From: Strigamia acuminata
Lineage: Eukaryota
Assembly (NCBI GenBank): GCA_949358305.1
Contig: OX442314.1
Coordinates: 19,592,001-19,656,000, forward strand
Direction of reading: 5' to 3'
DNA length: 64,000 nucleotides
Part shown: positions 48,069 to 58,400 of the stretch, piece after piece
How the letters are laid out: every line of letters starts with the position of its first letter
How positions within the stretch are numbered: the first letter of the stretch is position 1
Notes under the pieces: generated by a model
Told to the model about the DNA's origin: nothing
Seen by the model: only the letters and a program-made list of their open reading frames with translations
Database searches by the model: none
Position numbers and translations under genes: made by a program

Positions 48069-51000
48069 CTAAGTATACAGCCGAATCCGAAGACAATGTC
48101 ATGGAATTTTATTACTCCATTGATCGAAACTTTACCATATATACCGCAGTCAGTTTTGGACAGATATAAAACCAAAATTGAAGAATTACCGCCAGACAAT
48201 GCTACATTTGTATGTCATGAAGGAATTTTGGCTGGCGCAGCTACTCTGAAAATGGGAGATGATATCACCAAAATGGTGAATGATGCCAATCTGACATTGG
48301 AGCAAGGACTCTCATTGGCGGAAGTATTAAAGAGACGACAGAGAATTCTATCAAGAGTTCCTGGACGTACACACATAGTGCAGCACGATATCAAGCTGAC
48401 AACTGATAAACCTATAAGGGTACCATTTAAAAGTTATAACCCTCAGAAAAGGGAAATAATTCGGCAAATCTGTCAGGATATGGTGGACAAGGGAATCGCT
48501 GTGCCTGCCACTGGAGATTATGCCATGCGAATTGTTTTAGTGGTCAAACCGGGGGCCGAACCACGCCTCTGTGTAGATTATCGGCCATTAAACGAACATA
48601 CAGAATATGATCCTCCTCAGATGCCGACAATCGAAGAAATTTTAAGAGAAATTGGTTCATTTGAGTGGGTCACCACAATCGACTTGACAAAAGGCTACTG
48701 GCAGATAGGTTTAACCCCGTCTGCACAGCCGAAAACGGCTTTTTGGAGCCCTATAGGCCGATTGATGTTTTTAGTTATGGCATTTGGACTGAAAAATGCG
48801 CCGACTAGTTTCCAACGTTTAATTGAGAAAGTCCTCGACGAAATGTATAGGCGACAAGCTTGGGCGTACCTGGACGATATCATAACTGTTTCGAAGACAT
48901 ATGAAGAACATTTAATCAATGTCGATAAAATTTTAGGAAAATTAGAACAAGCTAATTTGTGCGTCAACCCGGATAAGTCGAAATTCTGTAGAAAAGAATT
49001 GATTTTTCTTGGGTACAAATTAGGAACCGGCGGACTCGCCGTTGACCCCAAGAAGTTGGATGCAATTACGAAATTTCCAACCCCAACCAATTTAAAAGAA
49101 CTTCAACGTTTTTTGGGGATGGTTAACTTTTTCCATCGACTTTTAAAAAATTTATCGGTCATGGCAGAGCCATTGAGGCCTTTATTGAAAAAGGATATGG
49201 ATTTCAATTGGCAACCCAGTCATCAAGAGGCTTTTGAAAAAATTAAAAAAGCCCTCACAGATTCGGGAACAATGGCCATGCCAGATCTGTATCAACCTTT
49301 CATAATTCATACGGACGCCAGTCGTCAAGGATTGGGCGCCGCATTAATGCAAATCCAGCCTGAAAAGGGTGGACAAGAAGAACTACCGTGCGTTTATTCA
49401 AGCCGTAGCTTGCAGCCGGCTGAAGTAAATTACACGGCTACTGAATTAGAGTGTTTGGCCGTTGTTTGGGCGCTGAGAAAATATCGCCCTTACATCGAAT
49501 TTACCAAATTCACCGTTCAAACGGATCATCAGGCCTTGAAATGGCTAATGTCTCTGGAAGAACCGGCAGGACGTCTGGCGCGATGGCAACTCGAATTAAT
49601 GGCGTATACATTTGAAATCCAGTATATTAAAGGGCCGTTAAACGTGTTGGCCGATGCTTTGTCTCGAGCTCCTGTCTGCACGCCCGAAGAAGATAACGTA
49701 GACGGTGAAGATGACGATTTATTGGCGTATTGTCCATCGCCATATCGACACTGGAAGCTGGGGGGACCAAATCAGCTTCCCACATCGGAAGTTGTTGAAG
49801 ACGAGAGAATAATCAATTTTTGGTCGCATGCTTATGATCCTCCTAATGTTGAATCCAATGAAAAAATTCATCTCATGATGACTCAAGAGTTCGAATTTCC
49901 GTCATCAAATGTCCTCGTCCACACTTTTGCAGCCAACGTTGTGAAGAAATTAGAATGTGAGCCGCCTACAAGAGAAGAAATTATTGTTGGGCAAAAACAA
50001 GATAAAGAATGCCAAAAAATTCGAAATTTCCTACTCAATGGCTGTTACCCTCCTGAACTTAAGCACGCGATGAGCAAGAGACGTTTTAAACGAAAGGCGT
50101 CCGCTTATCTAATTGAAGAAGATTTACTTCTAAAATTCCATCCAACTCTCACCGATGAGCTAGGAGAAAACGGAAGAGCGTTGAAAGTCGTTGTACCGGA
50201 GAATCTCGTTTACAGAGTCATCTGGACAGCTCACGGACACCCGTTGTCTGGACACAGTGGTATTACTCGAACGATGTATCGAGCTAGAAGAATCTACGCA
50301 TGGCCGACGATGAAACGAGATATTACTCGCTTTATCAAGCATTGTCAACGCTGCCAGGCTTGCAAGCCAAGGCAAAAATTAGAAATAGAAGCAGCTCAAA
50401 TGGGTCCGTATGCTCCCTTTGATTGCTTGAGTGCTGATCTCATGGGGCCAAAACCAAAAACTCCACGAGGTAACACTCACATACTCGTTATAATCGATGT
50501 CGCTACAAAATGGCCAGAGATGCGGCCAATGTCGAAACCAACTTCGGCTAAAATAGCTGATTGTATTTATAACTTGTCACTGCAATTTGGCTTTCCACGC
50601 AAAATACTGTCTGATAATGGCTCGCAATTTAGATCGCAAGTATACCAGAAGTTTTGCGAGAAATTCAAAATGTTACCGGCTTATACTTCGCCGTACCATC
50701 CTCAGGCGAATCCTGTTGAAAGAACCAACAGAGATATTAAGTATTTGATTGCTTTATACACTGATGTTCACACCCGTTGGGATGAATATTTACGAGAATT
50801 TGCCTTCAGTCTGCGAACTACAGTTGCAGCCGGAAGAGAATTCTCACCGGCTTATTTAAATTTCGGCAGAGAATTGAGAGTGCCGTGGGATCCGCGCTTG
50901 CCAGATGAAGTTCTTGTCGTGGACCCAAAAAATCCTCATGTTTACATTCATCAACTGGAGAAAGTGCTCGCAAGCACATATCAACACATGATGTCACATG

Positions 51001-51689
51001 TATTTGATCTACAAAAAAGAGTACAAGATCACCAATCAGAAAAGAAGTTCGATAATTTCAAAGTGAACGACTTAGTCTGGAAAAATTCTCACGTATTATC
51101 CAGCGCCGTTAAAGGAATTTCAGCAGGGATCGCTGATCGCCGAACTGGACCTTTTGCCATTATTCGTGCACATCAAGGCAATGCCTTTGAATTAAAGCGC
51201 TTGGAAGATAATGCAAAATTCCCGTCTATCCACGCATCCGAACTTACACCATATTTCCCTCAATTTACTCAGGAAATTTGGCGGAGGGGAGAGGTGGTGG
51301 GACAACCCACTGAAAATAAAATTAATACATTATTTGAAGATGAAGTAAAAACTTTACCGTCGCTGCCAAATTCCGATGACGAAGTTGAACACGTGGCGAT
51401 TAGTTTTGAGAACATTCAAATAGCCCAGGATGATCTACAAACCACGCTGGAACCGGCCACAAAGCCGAAAAAAGCAAAGCGAAGATCCATGCTACACCCA
51501 GTGGTATCTCAAAATACAGATTTAGACAAAAATGACGAGAAATCGGCTAAAAAATATAACATGAGAAGCCGGAAATCACCAAAACAGAGAGTAACTAGTC
51601 GATTCTGCGCAGAACGCGGACGACAAGACAGTACTCTAGTGAGTGATGGAGACATAATGATGTCACATCATTCTAAAAATAGTAATTAA
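48069..51689 (+). CDS. pol: Pol 3' part: reverse transcriptase, RNase H, integrase
   Basis: RLCVDYRPLN, IDLTKGYWQI, AYLDD, TDAS, TELECLAVVWA, TDH, HHCC (HGHPLSGH...CQRC), ADLMG/SDNG/VER. Confidence 0.95.
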   Translation, partial: LSIQPNPKTMSWNFITPLIETLPYIPQSVLDRYKTKIEELPPDNATFVCHEGILAGAATLKMGDDITKMVNDANLTLEQGLSLAEVLKRRQRILSRVPGRTHIVQHDIKLTTDKPIRVPFKSYNPQKREIIRQICQDMVDKGIAVPATGDYAMRIVLVVKPGAEPRLCVDYRPLNEHTEYDPPQMPTIEEILREIGSFEWVTTIDLTKGYWQIGLTPSAQPKTAFWSPIGRLMFLVMAFGLKNAPTSFQRLIEKVLDEMYRRQAWAYLDDIITVSKTYEEHLINVDKILGKLEQANLCVNPDKSKFCRKELIFLGYKLGTGGLAVDPKKLDAITKFPTPTNLKELQRFLGMVNFFHRLLKNLSVMAEPLRPLLKKDMDFNWQPSHQEAFEKIKKALTDSGTMAMPDLYQPFIIHTDASRQGLGAALMQIQPEKGGQEELPCVYSSRSLQPAEVNYTATELECLAVVWALRKYRPYIEFTKFTVQTDHQALKWLMSLEEPAGRLARWQLELMAYTFEIQYIKGPLNVLADALSRAPVCTPEEDNVDGEDDDLLAYCPSPYRHWKLGGPNQLPTSEVVEDERIINFWSHAYDPPNVESNEKIHLMMTQEFEFPSSNVLVHTFAANVVKKLECEPPTREEIIVGQKQDKECQKIRNFLLNGCYPPELKHAMSKRRFKRKASAYLIEEDLLLKFHPTLTDELGENGRALKVVVPENLVYRVIWTAHGHPLSGHSGITRTMYRARRIYAWPTMKRDITRFIKHCQRCQACKPRQKLEIEAAQMGPYAPFDCLSADLMGPKPKTPRGNTHILVIIDVATKWPEMRPMSKPTSAKIADCIYNLSLQFGFPRKILSDNGSQFRSQVYQKFCEKFKMLPAYTSPYHPQANPVERTNRDIKYLIALYTDVHTRWDEYLREFAFSLRTTVAAGREFSPAYLNFGRELRVPWDPRLPDEVLVVDPKNPHVYIHQLEKVLASTYQHMMSHVFDLQKRVQDHQSEKKFDNFKVNDLVWKNSHVLSSAVKGISAGIADRRTGPFAIIRAHQGNAFELKRLEDNAKFPSIHASELTPYFPQFTQEIWRRGEVVGQPTENKINTLFEDEVKTLPSLPNSDDEVEHVAISFENIQIAQDDLQTTLEPATKPKKAKRRSMLHPVVSQNTDLDKNDEKSAKKYNMRSRKSPKQRVTSRFCAERGRQDSTLVSDGDIMMSHHSKNSN

Positions 51690-51903
51690 AATGACGTAGT
51701 TCATACGGCGACCAATCAGCATCAAGTTGGGGGACTTTGCAAAAATTTGTTACTTTCCAAAGTGAAACCACTCCGACAACACACTGATTGGGACGATCCG
51801 CCGATTAACGAAGGAAAAGAATAGATTCAACTTCGTAAGTGAAACAGTTAGTTTGAAATGATTAGATTTGTCATGAAAAAACAAACGGCCCATTCACAGA
51901 ATC

Positions 51904-52173
51904 ATGGCCGAAGGTGGCGAAGGACCGCCCAACATTGATTCGGACTCGGAGCCCGAAAGAAATCTCGTGATGAATCCACCCGACGAAATGTTAAATGAAG
52001 ATTTCGATCTGCAAAATCAGGTGAATATCGCCATTGAAAAAATTAAAAAAGCCGTTGAAATGTTGAAATCGGCTGACAAACGAATTTATAACCAAGCCCG
52101 ACGGACGCTCGAAAAATACCGAAAGTTCGTAAAAACTGAGTCAGATCGTATTGAAAGTATGTTAAACGAATAG
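51904..52173 (+). CDS. Small accessory ORF of the large gypsy element (89 aa), function unknown
   Basis: ATCATGG start directly after a CATTCACAG acceptor-like site; acidic N-terminus, amphipathic helical C-terminus. Confidence 0.55.
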   Translation: MAEGGEGPPNIDSDSEPERNLVMNPPDEMLNEDFDLQNQVNIAIEKIKKAVEMLKSADKRIYNQARRTLEKYRKFVKTESDRIESMLNE

Positions 52174-52495
52174 CTCGTTGAATTTCACGTAGTTACGTTC
52201 CACTTTTCTATCACGAAAGTTGGCTAAAAAGGCCGAAAAAATTCAAGAAAAACTTTGTCAGTTCGAAAAATCACTTAACAAATTTTAAATGGCGCCATTT
52301 TTTATGATCATGTGACTTCGCCCGACGGCTAGTAAGCGTTGTGAGGGAGTTGCCATGACGACGGCGCTCAATTGCCTTTTGCTAGAAAATATTTAAACCA
52401 AATAATATTTACCAGTTAATAATTAAAACTTTCAAACGTTTCTGTAGATTTTAAACGCAATCAATCAACCGTACGAATTACCAGATTACGTACCC

Positions 52496-55400
52496 ATGGT
52501 AACAGGAATCTTTAGAGGCGAATTATCCGCCGAAGTCCGACGTTTACGACAACTTGGTCAGACGTGGGAAGATGTGAGACAAGAGTTCTCAAATGCCATC
52601 GCCGCACATTGGGGCTGTAGATGCCGAATTTGTGGACGGCTAATGGTAGCCGACCCCGTTTCCTGGAACCTAAGGATTGATCCGCCATCACCGTTGAGAT
52701 CCAGATTGCTTTTTGGCTGGCTCTTTCCCACGCCAGAGGAGGACACGGACTTCTACGGATTTTTCCGAATTGCACACGCCAAAAGGAACGACTATCTGGA
52801 CGCCATTTGGGAGAAACTCAAGGCCCGGAAGGATGAAGTTATGCGAAAGCTACAAGAAGAGCAGGCCTGGTGGGCCGATCGACATAAACATTACGATTTA
52901 GCAGATCTCGCCAGTTCACAATACGAGATGCACATTCTGGGGATGGCCGGACATTTCGGCCACGCTCGTGCCCGATTCCGAGACTGGGAACGTCAAAGAG
53001 ACGCATATCACGACCAAGGACGCAATGATAAGCGAGAGCGATCGAGTTCAGTTGCATCAAACGAACCACGTGCCAAGATGACCTGTGGCAATCACCACAA
53101 TACGGCTTCAAGAGCCGTCGATAATGTTTTGGAAGCCAGAGTCTCACGATGGGACGCGGCTTGCCGATACCCTGGAGGAGTGGATCCGTACGCCGCTCGC
53201 CCAGGAACCAGACCAGATTTGCTTCGTGCCAACGGCCGACTCAAGCATCGTGCAGGCCGACAAAACCGTGAAAAGTTAGAGCGCGAACGCTTGGCCCTGA
53301 TGCCACCACCGCCCAAGGACGACGAATTGCCTGGCCGATGGGATCGCGAAGTCGAAGAGCATTCCATGCAAGTCACCCTTCGCAAGAAAGCAGCGTTGGA
53401 GCAACAGCAAGCCGATTGGGATGCCTGTTTCCAATCGCCTGATGCAGAAGAACCAACGATAGGATCTAATGAGACTTTGATGTTAAATACACCAACGTCA
53501 GTGTCCGCCTTGGAGGGAGGAAGTTCCGCAGAAGTCCACATCGTAGACCGAAGCTACAGAATTTCACCCCCCGCAATGGCCGACAACACGGCCTGTGAAT
53601 GGAAGAGCCTTCCAAACACACAAAAATCGAATGACCAGGCGAGTCACCGGCCAATCGAGGGGCCGATTCCTGTAGAGTGTAGAGAGTACACGGATTCGAT
53701 TAACCCAGACCCGAGTCTTCCAGAGCCTCGATTGCCCACGAGAAAATTCGGAATGGTATCCCAAGTTCTGAAAAAGGGATTCGATCAGCATTACGACGCC
53801 ATGTGGCAGGGGTTCTGCGAAGCGCCGTTAGAGACTCAGGAGATTGAGTTGTCTGATATGGACTTATACCAAATAGCTCAAGTCACCGAGAGTTTGAAAG
53901 GTAGTCGTCGTGTCGCCGGCTTACTGAACCGAATGGAGCCGACGGGACCCGACGACCCACGTCTGAACGAGTTACAGCGACAGCTTGTGCCGAGTTATCG
54001 GAGAATTTTGTTTCCCGGGGTGTTCGACAGCCCGAGACCAGGCTTCGCTGCCACCACGTGCCTAAGAACGGCCGCCATGGCCGTTAAACCAGAATTTCTA
54101 GATTGTTGGCGGTCCATCCAGTTGGATCCGCCCACCATGTGCAGCGAATTGATGCGCCAAGTCGCCGTCATTGGGGAAAATCCGGCCGCATCGGCCATTC
54201 GTCTCCGACGCGAGTGGGACATGCGCAAGATCACTTTTCAGCAAGAACTGAAAACGATTCGACCGGCAGGAATGCCGCCGAGGGATCAGACGCCTAAAAG
54301 AAAGATGCCAGAAGCCACTTACACGCCAACTGCTGCCGCAATCGAAAGCCAAGCTGTTACCCAAACCACGACTGAACCGTCCAATGGTCATGTCGCCATG
54401 GAGATAGAAAATTTTGACGATCCTAGACCAGGACCAAGTCGAGGACGAGCTGCAGCACCAAGCTCAACCACGTTTTTTACGCACGTCGAAAACACCGATT
54501 TGGGGGCACGACCCAAAACTCGACCGAAACCACGCGGAGCTTTGATCCTCCGGCCAGGGGGCCGATCTTGTTACGTAAAACGTCCAGACGAGTCAGCTGC
54601 AGAGCCCAACCCGCCGACGCCACCAAGGAGCGTGCATTCACCTATTCGTGCACCCACACCTTCACCCGGAAAAGACGATCCGAAGATGCAGATTCAACCG
54701 GCGGCTGGAGCTGCCGAAACCAAGAAGCAAGAGAGCAGCCCGATCTACATTATGCTGCGAAGAACTTACCCAAGACTCGAGATGCACCCGCATACTCGAA
54801 TTTTGCTCAAACACAATGTGGAGCTGTGCCACCACGTTTTTAACTGGCTTGAGCGGAAGATACGAAAGAAGAGGCCGTGTGTGTGATATGTTGTGTATTT
54901 ATCACGCTAGATGGCGTTCTTGTATTATACTTATGTGTACCATTAAAAGGTGGCACTAGTTGTTGTTTTCTACACTGTAATGGCGTCCTCATGTTATTTC
55001 ATCAGCCTCCAGATTTGAGCATCTAACAACACATGGTGGCAGCGGAAATCACACTGGAAATTGGTTGGAAATATCAACTGGGTGGAGATACGTCAATAAG
55101 GACGGTAGGCCATACAAAATTCAGACATTTGGGACCGAAAACGACGTGCGATCGTGAGCAACAAGTGCGACGTTGATGCGCGAGCTCGAGCACGCCGATT
55201 ATTTGCCGAGTATTCTTCGAGATTCGTCTATTTTTGTCTATTTTCGTCAATTTTCGACAATTTTCGTCTGTAGAAGCTGGCAAATGTGCCTTTTGTTTGA
55301 AGAAGACAAGGAATTGAGTCCTTACTCATCATTAAGCCCATACTAAACAACCAAGAGGAGGAGAAGGAAGTGAAAAAGGAATTTTAGCCTTACTCATCAT

Positions 55401-58400
55401 TGAGCCCATACTAGAGGACCAAGAGGAGGAGAAGGAAGAGAAAAACATTCCACCAGTCATGGCAAAAGTGGAGCACAGCATTTGCAAACCACCGGATGAA
55501 TTTGACTTCAAGAATGCTGCAGATTGGCCAAGATGGATTGCCAGATTTGAGTTGTTTCGCTCCATGGTGGATTTGGACACACAGCCAGGCAAAAAGCAAG
55601 TGGCTTCACTCCTTTACCACATGGGGGACACAGCAAATGACATTTACACATCATTTAAATTGGCGGATCCAGACAAGCACGATTATGCAAAAGTGAAGGC
55701 AGCTTTTGAGGCAAAATTTGTTACGACAACAAACGTGATTTATGAGCGAGCCATGTTCTACAACCGCCAGCAAAAGGACGGTGAAACAATGGACGAATAC
55801 ATCACGGCATTGCACACAGCGGCCAAGCACTGCAAATTTGATGCATTGTACGACGAGTTTATCCGCGATAAGATCGTGAATGGCATCCGGGACAAGGCGA
55901 TGGCAAAGAAGCTTCAGCTTCAAAGCAACTTGACATTGGCGAAGGCAATCGAGATGACAAAACAGTCTGAACAGGTCAATTCGCAGTCGAAAACATTGCT
56001 GGAAGCGTCATCGACCAATAAGTCCGTGGATCGAGTTGACTCCAAGAAGGTGCAACGATCCAACTTCTGGAAAAGGAAGACAGAACGGCCAGACGACAGC
56101 GGGAAATCGAGCAAACCGGACGGCGGTCCCAAGACACAGCCGAAGAATGCATCGAAAAACTCGAGTAATTGCGGCAGATGTGGCGGCGGATTCCATCCGA
56201 TGAAGGATTGCCCAGCAACGAGGCTGACATGTCACAAATGCAATCGCAAAGGTCATTATGCGAGGGTTTGTCGAAGTGCAGCGGTTCAAGGGGTCGATGA
56301 AGCGACGGATGCTTACATTGAATCAGTCAATGGAGTTGCCAGTCGACAGGGAAGATGGCATGTGTCGGTCGAGATCAGGAACGCAAGAATCACATTCAAG
56401 GCAGATTCCGGCGCCGAAACGACATGTATTCCCGAGGAAGTCTACATGGACTATTTTTCCGATAGAAAATTACGGAAACCCGAGCTGAACTTGCACAATG
56501 CAACCAAAGGAAAAATGGAAACGTTAGGAATGTTATGGGAGAAAATCGAGTACCGAGGACGGTCGAAATTAACAGCGATCTACGTCGTTCGAGGTTTGAT
56601 GCAGCCATTACTAGATGGCGATACCTGCGAAGAGTTGGACATCATCAGACGTTGCGGAGTTGATGCGGTGAAAACGGAGAAGACACCAAAGATGTCATTC
56701 GATCCGAAGACGGCTTACCCGAAGCTATTCAGCGGTTTGGGGCGCGTCGAAATACCGTACAAAATACGACTGAAACCTGATGCAAGTCCATATGCGTTAA
56801 TGACACCTCGAAGAGTTCCGATTCCTCTACTAAACGAGATAAAAGCAAACCTCGACAAGATGGTATTATTGGGAGTAATAGAACGGGTAGAAGAACCAAC
56901 AGATTGGTGTTCTGGGCTGGTTTTGGCACCGAAGCCCGACGGATCGATTCGCATGTGCGTGGATTATGTGAGGCTTAATCGCTACGTGATGCGAGAAACA
57001 CATCCGATGCCCGTTACTGAGAACGTGTTGGGTCGACTAGGAAAAGCGAAGTACTTTTCAAAGCTCGACGCCAATCATGGCTTTTGGCAGTGTCAGTTGG
57101 ATGCCGAATCACGGCTGTTGACAACATTCATCACTCCATTTGGCCGATACATGTTCAAGAGACTTCCTTTCGGCATAAATGCAGCACCTGAATTCTTTCA
57201 GAAGAGGATGAGCGAAATCCTTGAAGGATTGGAAGGCAAGCAAGTCAACGTTGATGACATATTGGTTTATGGCGACACCATCGAGGAACACGATAGACGT
57301 TTACGTGCAGTACTCCAACGCTTGCTAGAAGCGGGAATAACGTTGAACGTAGCGAAATGCGAGTTCGGGAAAACCAAGATAAAATTCCTGGGACACATCA
57401 TTGATCAAGCCGGAGTTCATGTCGATGACGACCGGATTGTTGCCATTAGAAAAATGGGCAAACCCGAAAATGTGTCGGAATTACGAAGTCTACTGGGTTC
57501 AGTCAATTACCTGGGTAGATTCATCCCGAATTTGGCGACAAAAGCACACCCGTTGAATGAACTATTGGGCGGCAAGAATGAATTCCGATGGGGGACGCAG
57601 CAAGAAGCAGCGTTTGACGCCATTAAAGAGGAATTATCAAAGGCCCCAACATTAGCGTGGTTCGATCCTACGAGAGAGACAGTGATCACAGCAGATGCGT
57701 CTTCATACGGAGTCGGTGCAGTGCTTAAACAAAAGCAAAAAGACGGCAAATTCAGGCCGATTGCCTACGCGAGTAAAACCTTAACGAAATGTCAGAAGAA
57801 TTGGGCACAGATAGAGAAAGAGGGATATGCTCTCGTATGGGCATGTGAGAGGTTCAAGAACTTCATCATTGGAATTCCCGTCTGTCTGGAAACTGACCAC
57901 AAGCCGTTGGTACCCATCTTGATGACGAAGGAACTCGACGAGATCACTCCAAAATTGCAACGGATGCGACTTCGACTTCAGCGATACTGCTACACGGTCA
58001 AGCACATTCCAGGCAAGGAGTTAGGCGCGGCTGATGTTTTGTCAAGGCGTCCATTGCCGGACACTGAAGAAGATGGCGACATTGAGCAACGACTCGAGAG
58101 TTGTGTGACTGCATATGTGCAGCTGATTACCAAGCATCTTCAAGCTACTGACCAACGCTTAGGTGAAATCATAGAGGTCCAGAACAGGGATCCGATTTGC
58201 ATCAAGCTTCGGCAGTTCAGTCAACATGGATGGCCAGTCAAAGATCAATTACCACAAGGGTTAGGGGATTTTTGGCAATACCGAGATGAGATAGCCATAG
58301 AAGAAGACCTACTCATGAAAGGGTCAAGGATTGTGATCCCAGCGGAATTACGTGAATTCATATTGGACAAGATCCACACGGGACACTTAGGAATCACAAA

